A stretch of 64,000 nucleotides of DNA, taken from the NCBI GenBank assembly GCA_035531555.1, contig DATKSR010000053.1, positions 6,497 to 70,496 on the forward strand, read 5' to 3'. Shown one piece after another: positions 1 to 8,516 of this stretch (positions are counted from its first letter, which is position 1; every line of letters starts with the position of its first letter). The DNA comes from Candidatus Dormiibacterota bacterium. GTDB taxonomy: Bacteria > Chloroflexota > Dormibacteria > Aeolococcales > Bog-877. The notes below the pieces were generated by a model. The model ran no database searches, was not told the origin of the DNA, and saw nothing but the letters and a program-made list of their open reading frames with translations. A program made the position numbers and the translations under genes.

Positions 1-455
1 CCTCCAGCTGTAGCCAGGCGGCCACGCGCGACGGCGGAGTCCGCACCCACGTCATGGGCGCAGCCGCATACGCGTTTCCTCAATCGAACGCCGTGTCCAG
101 CGCTTCAGTACCAAGCAACTTCGGGTCGCCCGTGTCGAGACTGCGACTCCGCACCCTGCCGGCGCGCTCGAGGCCAAACACGATGCAAGCGCGACGAGCA
201 CAATCAGCCGGTTCCTTCGCTGCCCAACCAGTTTTGCGCTTCCGCCTCCTGCTCCGGCAGGGGAGTCGTCTGGCTGGTGCTAATCGGCGGCTGCCGGCTC
301 TGCGCGCGCCGAAGCGTATAGCGGGCAGATTAGTGCGCGGTGACGTCACCCGAGCGTAGGGTCGGCTGGCGGGCAACCCCGACTGAGTCGGTAGGCGGCC
401 CGTCATTTGTTTGTGTTGCAATTGGGGGAAACCATCCATAACGAAGGGGAAATTG

Positions 456-995
456 GTGAGCACGCGGATCGCACTGCTCCGAGCCGTAAACGTCGGCGGA
501 AAGAGCAAGTTGGTGATGTCGGATCTGCGCCAGCTGGTCAGTGATCTGGGGCTGGTAGATCCGCGCACTCTGCTCCAGACGGGCAACCTTGTGTTCAGAA
601 GCCCCAACGCTGTGGACTCTGAGCTAGAGGCACTGCTGGAAGCCGAGACCGAGAAACGGCTTGGTCTGCGGACCGACTTTCTGGTGCGGGGAGTCGACGA
701 GTGGACCACCGCGGTCGCCAGGATTCCGTTTCCGCAGCAAGCGCAGGAGGACCCGAGTCACCTCGTCCTGGTCTTCTTGAAATCTGCCCCATTCTCCGAG
801 TCGGTACGAGCCCTGGACTCTCTCTCCGGGCCGGAGCGGGTGAGCGCCTGGGGCCGCCAGCTGTTCGCCACCTATCCCGACGGAATCGGCCGCTCTCGGT
901 TGACCATGTCGGTGATCGAGCGCCAATTGGGACTCCGAGGCACAGCTCGCAACTGGAACACCGTGCTCAAGCTGGCGGCCCTGGCCCAGGATTGA
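456..995 (+). CDS. DUF1697 family protein
   Basis: ORF 411..995. The stretch RIALLRAVNVGGKSKLVMSDLRQLVSDLGL..LLQTGNLVF matches the DUF1697 pattern. GTG at 456, preceded by GAAGGGGA (SD-like), is a more plausible start than TTG at 411. Confidence 0.7.
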   Translation: MSTRIALLRAVNVGGKSKLVMSDLRQLVSDLGLVDPRTLLQTGNLVFRSPNAVDSELEALLEAETEKRLGLRTDFLVRGVDEWTTAVARIPFPQQAQEDPSHLVLVFLKSAPFSESVRALDSLSGPERVSAWGRQLFATYPDGIGRSRLTMSVIERQLGLRGTARNWNTVLKLAALAQD

Positions 996-2451
996 GGTCG
1001 GGTCGGTCGCCCGAGGAAGCCGGGGGGGCCGCCTTCCAGCCGGATGCTGTGGTCGGACGCAGCAGGACGGTGAATTGGGCCCCTTGGCCCAGCTCGGACT
1101 CCACCACCACCTGGCCGCCCTGAGCCTCAGTGAGGGACTCAACGATCGCCAGCCCCAGTCCGCTGCCACCGTCGTGGCGGGACCGGGAGCCACTCGCACG
1201 GAAGAACCGCTCGAACACATGAGGGAGGTCCTGGGGGTCGATGCCGGGGCCGTGGTCGGTGCACCGGAGACCCACCAGACCGCTTTTCTGGACGGTGGAC
1301 CAGATGATCTCGCTGCCCAAGCCGTGTCGCTCGGCGTTGCCCTGCAAATTGCTGGCAATCGTCGCCAGGGCGTCAGGATCGGCCAGCGCCACCAGCCCCG
1401 GCTGGAGCTCCAGCTTGACCTCCGATTCCGAGGTGCGGTTCTCCAAAAAGCGCTCCAGGAATGAAGCCAGTTCGACCGGCCGCAATTCCACCGAGCGCTC
1501 GGCGTCAGCCCGGGCGAGGGTGAGCAGGTCCATCACCAAAGCTCGCATCCGCTCCGCTTCCTGGGACATCACCGGCAGGGCGGCCTGCACCACTTCCGGA
1601 CTGGCCCCAGCTCCCCGCTGGAGCACGTCCAGATAGCCCTTGATGGCGGTCAGCGGGGTCCGCAATTCGTGGGATGCGTCGCCGATGAACTGGCGCATTC
1701 GACGCTCGGCATCCTCCCGCCCTTGCACCGTGCGCTCCACGTTGTCGGCCATGTCATCAAAGACTCGCGCCAGCTGTCCCACCTCGTCGGGTCGCGGCGG
1801 CAGCCCGCTGCGCCGTGTGAGGTCGCCCCGCCCCAGCGCCTGCGCAGCCTCCGTCAGGCGGCCGAGCGGTCCCAGCCCGCGGGTGGTCAACCAAAGTCCG
1901 ATGAGCAGAGCGACCAGCAGCACAGCGGCGCTGCCTGCCGCCAGCACCGCCTCCGCGGAATTGAGCTCGCCCTGGATCGGACCGGCGGGCTCCACCAGCT
2001 CGATCGCCCCTAGATGATTCCCCACCCGGCCGGTGAGCGGCAGGAGCATCACCAGCCGGCTGCTCCCACCAGTCCCGGCCAGGGTCGGCCCGATCACGGT
2101 GTTGAACTGGGCGGCAGCCAGGAGGTCGCTCCGGGATTGGATCGGGACGCGGACCCCGGGCTGCACTCCGGCGGCAGTCCCCGGGCCGGCCGAGGCGATG
2201 GCGGCCAGATTCGGGGAGTAGATGGCCGACGTGACCCCCGCCGCCGCCAGCACCTTGACCAGGTTCAGCGCCAGCGTCCTGTCGCGTATGGCCGGGCGCC
2301 CGGCCCGCAGCCGGGCCCGCTCGGCGGACACCAGGACGGCCCGCCCGTCGTCGAAGGTGCCCTGGAGGCTCTCGCCCCGACTGCTCAGGATGGCTCCCCG
2401 GAGCAGGCTGTACTCAATCCCACCTGCCACCACCAGCAACACCGCCAGCAA
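967..2451 (-). CDS. Sensor histidine kinase (HAMP, HisKA, HATPase_c), partner of the OmpR-type regulator upstream
   Basis: H-box ASHELRTPLTAIKGY, N-box GNAERHG, G-boxes DHGPGI and GGSGLGLAIV, with a HAMP-like segment before the H-box. The true N-terminus probably lies upstream of 2451 (see finding). Confidence 0.85.
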   Translation of the reverse strand: MLAVLLVVAGGIEYSLLRGAILSSRGESLQGTFDDGRAVLVSAERARLRAGRPAIRDRTLALNLVKVLAAAGVTSAIYSPNLAAIASAGPGTAAGVQPGVRVPIQSRSDLLAAAQFNTVIGPTLAGTGGSSRLVMLLPLTGRVGNHLGAIELVEPAGPIQGELNSAEAVLAAGSAAVLLVALLIGLWLTTRGLGPLGRLTEAAQALGRGDLTRRSGLPPRPDEVGQLARVFDDMADNVERTVQGREDAERRMRQFIGDASHELRTPLTAIKGYLDVLQRGAGASPEVVQAALPVMSQEAERMRALVMDLLTLARADAERSVELRPVELASFLERFLENRTSESEVKLELQPGLVALADPDALATIASNLQGNAERHGLGSEIIWSTVQKSGLVGLRCTDHGPGIDPQDLPHVFERFFRASGSRSRHDGGSGLGLAIVESLTEAQGGQVVVESELGQGAQFTVLLRPTTASGWKAAPPASSGDRPDLNPGPGPPA

Positions 2452-2509
2452 CCCGACGAAGGAGAGGGTCAGCCGCCATCGGAGGCTGCGGTACCAGGGG
2501 AGAGCCGGG

Positions 2510-3211
2510 TCAGTCGGCGGCCAGGCGATAGCCCACCCCCCGGACGGTCTGGATCAGCTGGCGATCGGTGTCGCTCAGCTTGAGCCGCAGGTACCGGACG
2601 TACACCTCGAGATTGTTCTCGTCCCCGTAAAAGGAGACCCCCCAGACGGCGTTGAGCAGCCGATCCCGGCTGAGCGCCTCGCCCCGGTGCTCCATCAGGT
2701 AGGCGAGGAGGTCGAACTCCCTGGCGGATAGATCAACCTCATCGCCGTCTCGGCAGACCTTTCGCGTGCTCCGGTCCAGCTCCAGGGGCCCCACCCGGAG
2801 CACCGCCGCCTGGTCTGGCTGACGCCGCCGCAGCACCGATCGCACCCGGGCCAGCAGCTCGCCGAATTCGAAGGGCTTGCCCAGGTAGTCGTCGGCGCCC
2901 AGGTCGAGCCCGAGAATGCGGTCCTGGGTGTCATCGCGGGCGCTCAAGATCACCAATCCGCGGCGGGGGTCGCCGGCGAGTTCCCGGGTGAGGGCGATCC
3001 CGTCCATTCGGGGCATCATGACGTCCAGAACCACCACGTCCGGCGCGAATCGATCGACCGCGGCGAGAGCGGACCGACCGTCGGGGGCGGTCTCGACCTC
3101 GAAGCCCTCCCGGCTCAGGCCGATCCTGATGAACTCGGTGATGGCGGGCTCGTCGTCGACCACCAGGATCCGGGGCGGACCGGCCCGCCGACCCGTCACC
3201 TCTTCGGCCAT
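2510..3211 (-). CDS. OmpR/PhoB-family response regulator
   Basis: Receiver domain (ILVVDDEP..VVVLDVMMP..SARDD..DDYLGKPF) followed by a winged-helix C-terminus (VEVYVRYLRLKL..IQTVRGVGYRL). Confidence 0.9.
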   Translation of the reverse strand: MAEEVTGRRAGPPRILVVDDEPAITEFIRIGLSREGFEVETAPDGRSALAAVDRFAPDVVVLDVMMPRMDGIALTRELAGDPRRGLVILSARDDTQDRILGLDLGADDYLGKPFEFGELLARVRSVLRRRQPDQAAVLRVGPLELDRSTRKVCRDGDEVDLSAREFDLLAYLMEHRGEALSRDRLLNAVWGVSFYGDENNLEVYVRYLRLKLSDTDRQLIQTVRGVGYRLAAD

Positions 3212-3274
3212 GGCAGCGGAAGTATAGGTCGGTCCATCTCGTGATCAGAACAGACCGAGGCGAGGGTTGCCCTT

Positions 3275-3289
3275 AGCCATGGCTTAGAC
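3275..3289 (+). repeat. Left copy of the 15-bp direct repeat AGCCATGGCTTAGAC bracketing vapBC
   Basis: 14/15 identical to 4256..4270 in the same orientation. It contains the 10-bp palindrome AGCCATGGCT. Confidence 0.7.
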
Positions 3290-3426
3290 GGATGAATCGA
3301 TACCGAATCGGGGGTACGGGCAGTGGGCCTGCTGACTCTCTAAGGGAGCGATGGGCGCCCGGCTGCTCCACTGGTGCAGCCCATTCCGATCCCCGTTTCA
3401 ACGCGATGATCGGACACCAGCCTGAG

Positions 3427-3867
3427 CTAGCTCCCCACCGACGGCAGGGGGTGACGCCATGCCAAGCCGGGGAATCGGCTGAAGTCGCAGTCGGTGGTGA
3501 CCCACTCCGATCCAGACTCGATCGCGAGAGCCGCGAGATAGGCGTCAGGAAGCAGATTACCCCGGGCCTGCGCTACCCGGGCCAGCTCTAGGTAGAGATG
3601 CCAGTGGCGGCTCCCCGGGCGAAGTACGACGGCCAGAGGATGATCGTGGAGCTGACTCGCAAACTTCAGAGCCTGGTCAAGTGGCGTTGGCGGCGAGAAG
3701 ACCCGCGGGTGCGTGACGATGCGCAGGAAACCCGAGAGCACCATCTCCGCCACCCCGAACGGGGCAGGTCCGGCCAACAGCTGCTCTAGCCAGCTTCGGT
3801 GGGCCAGATGGTCGGGGGCGTCCTCACGGTGAGCGTAGACGAGCACGTTGACGTCAGGAGTGAGCAT
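3427..3867 (-). CDS. vapC: PIN-domain toxin, VapC family
   Basis: 146 aa. The N-terminus LTPDVNVLVYA and the C-terminal DAYLAALAIESGSEWVTTDCDF are typical PIN acidic-residue motifs. It overlaps the upstream small antitoxin gene by 14 nt. Confidence 0.85.
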   Translation of the reverse strand: MLTPDVNVLVYAHREDAPDHLAHRSWLEQLLAGPAPFGVAEMVLSGFLRIVTHPRVFSPPTPLDQALKFASQLHDHPLAVVLRPGSRHWHLYLELARVAQARGNLLPDAYLAALAIESGSEWVTTDCDFSRFPGLAWRHPLPSVGS

Positions 3868-4102
3868 CGTCCGCCATCAGCTCGAGCAGAGCGGCCGCGT
3901 CGTCGAGATCGACCCCCCTTTGTAATCCACGACCCTTGAAGGTCGCCAGCGGCTCCCGGTCAGCAGGGGAAATCGACTCGCGCCTGTCCACGGCCAGGCG
4001 CAGGCCTTCGTCAACTACCGCGGCTAATGTGGTGCCTTCTCGAGCCGCCACCGCCTTGGCGCGACCGAGTAGCTCATCAGCAATCCGGACGGTGGTGCGC
4101 AC
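3854..4102 (-). CDS. vapB: VapB-type antitoxin (ribbon-helix-helix-like)
   Basis: 82 aa. MRTTVRIADELLGRAKAVAAREGTTLAAVVDEGLRLAV fits an RHH/VapB N-terminus. GTG start. The gene overlaps vapC. Confidence 0.75.
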   Translation of the reverse strand: MRTTVRIADELLGRAKAVAAREGTTLAAVVDEGLRLAVDRRESISPADREPLATFKGRGLQRGVDLDDAAALLELMADDAHS

Positions 4103-4108
4103 GCGCGC

Positions 4109-4114
4109 ATCTTA
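4109..4114 (-). promoter_or_regulatory. Candidate -10 box (TAAGAT) for a leaderless vapBC transcript
   Basis: On the minus strand, TAAGAT lies 6 nt upstream of the vapB GTG (4102). No SD is present. The box sits in a locally AT-richer patch carrying GCATC repeats. Confidence 0.35.
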
Positions 4115-4255
4115 GCATCAGGATGTTGCATCTAGGCATCTCTAGTTCGGTCGGGGATCGACCGTCACCGGGCAGCTGGCCCACCAGCTGGCGGCGGACG
4201 GGATCCTCGGCGCGCCAATGCTCAATTCCACGCAACCTACTGACTAGCCAGACTG

Positions 4256-4270
4256 AGCCACGGCTTAGAC
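4256..4270 (+). repeat. Right copy of the 15-bp direct repeat (AGCCACGGCTTAGAC)
   Basis: 14/15 identical to 3275..3289. It lies 10 nt upstream of the hydrolase ATG at 4281. Confidence 0.7.
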
Positions 4271-4280
4271 TCGGACTCCG

Positions 4281-5090
4281 ATGCCGACTCCTTCGCCCGG
4301 CTCGGCGGCACCGACCCGGCAGAACATCGCGCTGGGCGCGGAACAGGTCTCGTTCTTGGAGCGGGCCGGGAGTGACCCTCCGGTTCTCCTGCTGCATGGC
4401 TGGGGCGCCAACGCAGCCAGCTTCACGGGGCTGCTCCGGCTGGCCAGGACCCCCCGACGACTGGTCGCGCTCGATCTACCTGGATTCGGCGAATCTCCGC
4501 TCGGGGTCACCGCCTGGACCACGGCCGGGTACGCGGAGCTGGTGCGGGGCTTGATCAGCGCCCGGGGCTGGGACAAAGTCGCCGTTCTGGGCCACTCGTA
4601 CGGAGGCGGCGTGGCCCTCCGGCTCGCCGCCGAGCCCATGGTCTCACTGGACCGTCTGCTACTCTGCGCGGCCTCCGGCGTGCGGCTGCCCAATTCCAGC
4701 GGCCCGGGAGGTCGGGTCAGAACGTTCCGGGCTCTTCGCCGGACCGCCGAGACGGTCCTGCCGGCCAAGCTGGCGGAGCCAGCCGTGGAATGGCTGCGCC
4801 AGCGTATGGGTTCCTCCGACTACCGCTCGGCCGGCCCCCTCCGCCCGATCCTGGTCCGGGCAGTCCAGGAGGATCTCGCCTCCCTGGCGGAGCAGGTCCA
4901 GCTGCCGACCCTGATCATCTGGGGCGGCCGGGACACCGAGCTGCCGCTGGACACCTACGGGCGAAGGCTGCGGCAGCTGATCCCTTCTTCTGAGCTGGTC
5001 GAGTTCCAAGAAAGCGGCCACTTCCCATTCGTCGATGAGCCGGCGCGGTTTGCCGCCGTCTTCGACTCCTTCGTGGACGCCAGACTCTGA
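4281..5090 (+). CDS. Alpha/beta-fold hydrolase
   Basis: HG oxyanion motif (LLLHGWGAN), nucleophile elbow GHSYGG, and a C-terminal GHFPF His motif. Confidence 0.8.
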   Translation: MPTPSPGSAAPTRQNIALGAEQVSFLERAGSDPPVLLLHGWGANAASFTGLLRLARTPRRLVALDLPGFGESPLGVTAWTTAGYAELVRGLISARGWDKVAVLGHSYGGGVALRLAAEPMVSLDRLLLCAASGVRLPNSSGPGGRVRTFRALRRTAETVLPAKLAEPAVEWLRQRMGSSDYRSAGPLRPILVRAVQEDLASLAEQVQLPTLIIWGGRDTELPLDTYGRRLRQLIPSSELVEFQESGHFPFVDEPARFAAVFDSFVDARL

Positions 5091-5094
5091 TCCC

Positions 5095-6675
5095 GTGACC
5101 ATTCCCATCTGGCAGGCGATGCTGCTCACCATCTTGGCGGCCGGCACGGGTAGGCGCCGTTTCGAGGGCTGGCTCTACCTCCTCCAGCTGGATGAGTACC
5201 AGCCGGCCCGGCTGGCCCGCACAGCGCTGCGCCGGCTGCGCAGCAACTGGCGCTGGCAGCTCGGCCTGGCGGTGCCGGCCCTGGTCCTGGCGGCGGCCGC
5301 CGCCTGGCCGGGTGACACCGCCAGGGTGTTCTACCTCCTCTTGGCCGTGCTCATGCCGTTCGGGACTGACCGTCCCTTCGGAAAGCGGGGGGAGCTCAGG
5401 TGGACCGCACGGGCCCGACGACTGGCAGTAGCAACTGGGGCGCTCACCTTGGTGGTCCTCTTTCTCGCCTTGTGGAGTGGCTGGCCGGGAGCGGTGGTGA
5501 TCGCGGTGAGCGACCTGGTACTAGTGGTCGCACTCTCGGTCGCGGTTGCACTCTTGGCGCCGGACGACCGTCGCCGACGACTCCGGTACATGCGCCAGGC
5601 GGAGCTGCGGCTGGCGGCGGTCGGCGCCTTGGTCGTCGGGGTGACCGGAAGCTATGGCAAGACCACCACCAAACTCTTTCTGAAGCAGCTGCTGGACTCG
5701 CCAGAGACCCCCTGCTTCGCCACTCCGGGGAGCTTCAACACCACGCTCGGGGTCTGTCGCGCCATCAATGACGACCTTCGTCAGGAGCACCGATTCGCGA
5801 TCGTGGAGATGGGCGCCTACCGTAAGGGCGAGATCGCTGAGATCTGCTCCTTCACCCATCCCCAGATGGCTATCGTGACCGCGGTCGGGGTGATGCACAT
5901 GGAGCGATTCGGCTCCCGCGAGAAGATCGCCGAGGCCAAGTCGGAGCTGCTGGCAGCGCTGCCGGAGACCGGAGTGGCGGTGGTCCCGGGTGACGTCGGT
6001 GAGCGCGAGCTGCTGACCGCTCCCCTGCGGGCGCGAGCGGTCTGGGTCGGCCGGCCCGGGGACCGTTGGTGGGCGGAGGAGATCGCAGCCGACCCCGAGG
6101 GAACCCAGCTTCGACTCCGCGGATCCGCCGGTGAGGATCTGCATCTCAAGGTGCCACTCCACGGCGAGCCGATCGTGGCTGACCTCCTCTGCGCCTGGGC
6201 CACTGCCGTCGAACTCGGGGTGACCACGAAGTCGCTGGTCGAGCGCGCCTCCGGGGTGCGAGGGGCGCCGCACCGGCTGCAGGTTAGTCGGGTCAACGGG
6301 ATCACCATCATCGACGACGCCTACAATTCGAACCCCGATGGGGCTGCCGCTGCGCTGCGCCTCCTGGCCAGCCTGCCCGGTCAGCGCCGGGTGCTGGTGA
6401 CGCCCGGCTTCATCGAGTTGGGGCCATTGCAGGAGCAGAGCATGCGCGAGCTGGGACGGCGGGCGGCCGCGGTCTGCAGCCACGTCATCCTGGTCGGCCG
6501 GATTCAGTCGGCGGACATCGCGGCGGGGCTGACTGAGGCCGGCTACCCCGTGTCGCAGCTGACCGTGGCCGCCGACCTGGAGGAGGCCCAGCAGCGGCTG
6601 CCCGATGTGGCCGGACCTGGCAGCGTGGTCCTGTTCGAGAACGACCTCCCGGATTCCTTCCTGGAGCCGGCATGA
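5095..6675 (+). CDS. Mur ligase family protein, MurF-like, with a polytopic N-terminal membrane region
   Basis: P-loop VTGSYGKTTTK, and a central and C-terminal Mur ligase pattern (PHRLQ..IIDDAYNSNP). The first ~175 aa are hydrophobic helices rather than the usual MurF N-domain. Start is GTG 5095 or ATG 5119. The stop overlaps the ddl start (ATGA). Confidence 0.75.
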   Translation: MTIPIWQAMLLTILAAGTGRRRFEGWLYLLQLDEYQPARLARTALRRLRSNWRWQLGLAVPALVLAAAAAWPGDTARVFYLLLAVLMPFGTDRPFGKRGELRWTARARRLAVATGALTLVVLFLALWSGWPGAVVIAVSDLVLVVALSVAVALLAPDDRRRRLRYMRQAELRLAAVGALVVGVTGSYGKTTTKLFLKQLLDSPETPCFATPGSFNTTLGVCRAINDDLRQEHRFAIVEMGAYRKGEIAEICSFTHPQMAIVTAVGVMHMERFGSREKIAEAKSELLAALPETGVAVVPGDVGERELLTAPLRARAVWVGRPGDRWWAEEIAADPEGTQLRLRGSAGEDLHLKVPLHGEPIVADLLCAWATAVELGVTTKSLVERASGVRGAPHRLQVSRVNGITIIDDAYNSNPDGAAAALRLLASLPGQRRVLVTPGFIELGPLQEQSMRELGRRAAAVCSHVILVGRIQSADIAAGLTEAGYPVSQLTVAADLEEAQQRLPDVAGPGSVVLFENDLPDSFLEPA

Positions 6676-7850
6676 GCCTGCAAGGAGTGACGATCGGAGT
6701 GGTCTTCGGCTCCCGCTCGGTGGAGCATGAGATCAGCATCATCACGGCCTGCCAGGCGATGCCGGTCCTGCGGGAGCTAGGCGCCGAGGTGGTACCGCTG
6801 TACATCACCAAGGGGGGCCGTTGGATCACCAAGCGTGACTTCTCCGACCTCAGTACCTTCCGCCAGCGGTTGCCCGACACGGGCGATCCGGTGCTCTTCG
6901 ACCTTGCCAGCGGCCGGCTCCGGGTGGGCGGCTCCTCGCTGCTCTCCCGGCCGCGCGAACTGGCGGTCGATGTGCTCTTCCCCGTCCTTCACGGCACCTT
7001 TGGGGAGGACGGCAGCATGGCCGGACTGGCCGCCATGGGCCGGATCCCCCAGGTCGGCAGTGACACCCTCTCCTCGGCCTTGGCTATGGACAAGCTCCGA
7101 TCCAAGCAGATCTTCCAGGTTCGGGGTCTGCCGGTGGTACCAGGACTGGGCGCCAGCAGCCTCTCGGAAGCGCAGGTGGTGGCTGCTGAACTCGGGCTTC
7201 CCCTGGTGGTCAAGCCCAACCGGTGTGGCTCCAGCATTGGGGTGGGGCTGGCAACGGATTCCAGCGAGCTGATTCAGGCGGTGGCAGAGGCGCTCCAGTT
7301 CGACAGTCAGCTGGTCCTGGAGCCGGCGGTGCCGGGCGCCTCCGATCTGAACTGCGCCGTCAAGCTGGCCCCCCCACGCTTCTCGGCGGTGGAGCGGCCG
7401 ATCCGGAGCAGCGCGTTCCTCAGCTATGCCGACAAGTACGCCAGCCAGGGGAAGACGGCAGGGGGCGAGCCGGGGCGCCAGGGCAACGCTCCCAAGGCGG
7501 GATATGGCGATTCTCGCCGGGAGCTGCCGGCTGACATCCCGGAGTCCACCAGAGCCGAGGTTCAACGGCTGGCCGTCGAGGCCTTCGACGCCCTGGGCTG
7601 CGCCGGCTCGGCCCGGGTCGACTTTCTGATCTCCAACCAGGGGCAGCTCTACCTGAACGAGGTCAACACCATCCCGGGTTCGCTTGCCTTCTACCTCTGG
7701 GAGGCGAGCGGTATTGGCTTCCCGAGCCTGCTGGAGGAGCTGGTCCGCGAAGCACTGGCCCGACCGGAGGGCCGGACTCTGACCCTGGCCGATAACCTGC
7801 TCGCGCCCCATCAGCTGCTGGGCAAGGGCGGCCTCAGTCCCGAGCTCTGA
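6672..7850 (+). CDS. ddl: D-alanine--D-alanine ligase
   Basis: [44 protein letters not shown] and [17 protein letters not shown] are classic Ddl ATP-grasp motifs. Confidence 0.9.
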   Translation: MSLQGVTIGVVFGSRSVEHEISIITACQAMPVLRELGAEVVPLYITKGGRWITKRDFSDLSTFRQRLPDTGDPVLFDLASGRLRVGGSSLLSRPRELAVDVLFPVLHGTFGEDGSMAGLAAMGRIPQVGSDTLSSALAMDKLRSKQIFQVRGLPVVPGLGASSLSEAQVVAAELGLPLVVKPNRCGSSIGVGLATDSSELIQAVAEALQFDSQLVLEPAVPGASDLNCAVKLAPPRFSAVERPIRSSAFLSYADKYASQGKTAGGEPGRQGNAPKAGYGDSRRELPADIPESTRAEVQRLAVEAFDALGCAGSARVDFLISNQGQLYLNEVNTIPGSLAFYLWEASGIGFPSLLEELVREALARPEGRTLTLADNLLAPHQLLGKGGLSPEL

Positions 7851-7851
7851 G

Positions 7852-8444
7852 GTGATGGCGGAGCTCCGGGTGGGCGGAGTCGGGCTGAACCTCGAGTCGC
7901 GGGTGATCCTGGTGGGCTTCAGCCTGACGGTGAAGTCGGGGGAGATGGTGGCGGTGACCGGGCCTTCCGGCTCAGGCAAGATCAGCCTGCTCATGCTGGT
8001 GGCCGGACTGCAGTCTCCTGACTCGGGTGACGTCACCTGGGACGGCCACCCCTGGCTCAGGTGCCGGACCTCCGTCAGCGGACCGGAGTAATTCTCCAGA
8101 ACCACGGTCTGGTCTCCATCCTGACGGCGGCGGAGAACGTCTCGCTTCCTCTGCAGGTGCGGCAGGTGCCCCCCACCGAGATGCAGCACCGCACCGACGA
8201 CGCCCTCGCCGCGGTCGGGCTCGGCGAGGTCTCGGACCACCTGGTTCAGGATCTCTCGAGTGGTCAGCAGCGGCGGGTGGGAGTGGCCAGGGCACTGGCC
8301 GGTGACCCGGATCTGTTGATCGCGGACGAGCCGACCTCGGAGCTGGCGGCCAAGGATCGCTCGACGGTGCTCAGCTTGATTCGGAGGCACGCGCACAAGG
8401 GGCGGATCGTGGTCCTCGCCTCCCACGACCCGGCGAGGAGCTGA
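7852..8444 (+). pseudogene. ABC transporter ATP-binding protein, reading frame broken (single-base indel near 8049-8052)
   Basis: ORF 7852..8091 carries Walker A (GPSGSGKIS). ORF 8061..8444 carries the Q-loop, signature LSSGQQRR and Walker [12 protein letters not shown]. Total length is 3n+2. One extra C in the CCCC run would give a continuous ..[20 protein letters not shown].. Confidence 0.7.
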
Positions 8445-8516
8445 GGGCGAGGCGGGCTTTGCCTGGCCTAGTGGCCCAACTGGGCAGTTCTCCCCCCTCA
8501 GGGAGAGGGTTGGCGC

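Noticed and set aside
54-709. Track ORFs 54..359 (+) and 80..709 (-) at the left edge
   Set aside because: Both translations are Arg/Ser/Pro-rich with no recognisable motif. The minus ORF runs antisense through the DUF1697 gene. Only the last ~35 codons of the minus ORF have coding-like third-position GC, which is too little to call a gene.
3292-3591. ORF 3292..3591 (+), 99 aa, starting right after the left direct repeat
   Set aside because: It overlaps the vapC 3' end antisense, has no motif and a low-complexity composition. It is most likely a GC-driven shadow frame. It is mentioned only because its ATG sits 2 nt after the repeat.
6777-8426. 549-aa antisense ORF across ddl and the ABC ATPase, and similar long antisense ORFs (15675..16883, 22565..23926, 51653..52612, 54222..55250, 59714..60610)
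   Set aside because: Each lies opposite a gene with unmistakable family motifs. The translations are Arg/Gly/Pro/His-rich with no domains. This is typical stop-poor shadow framing in high-GC DNA.
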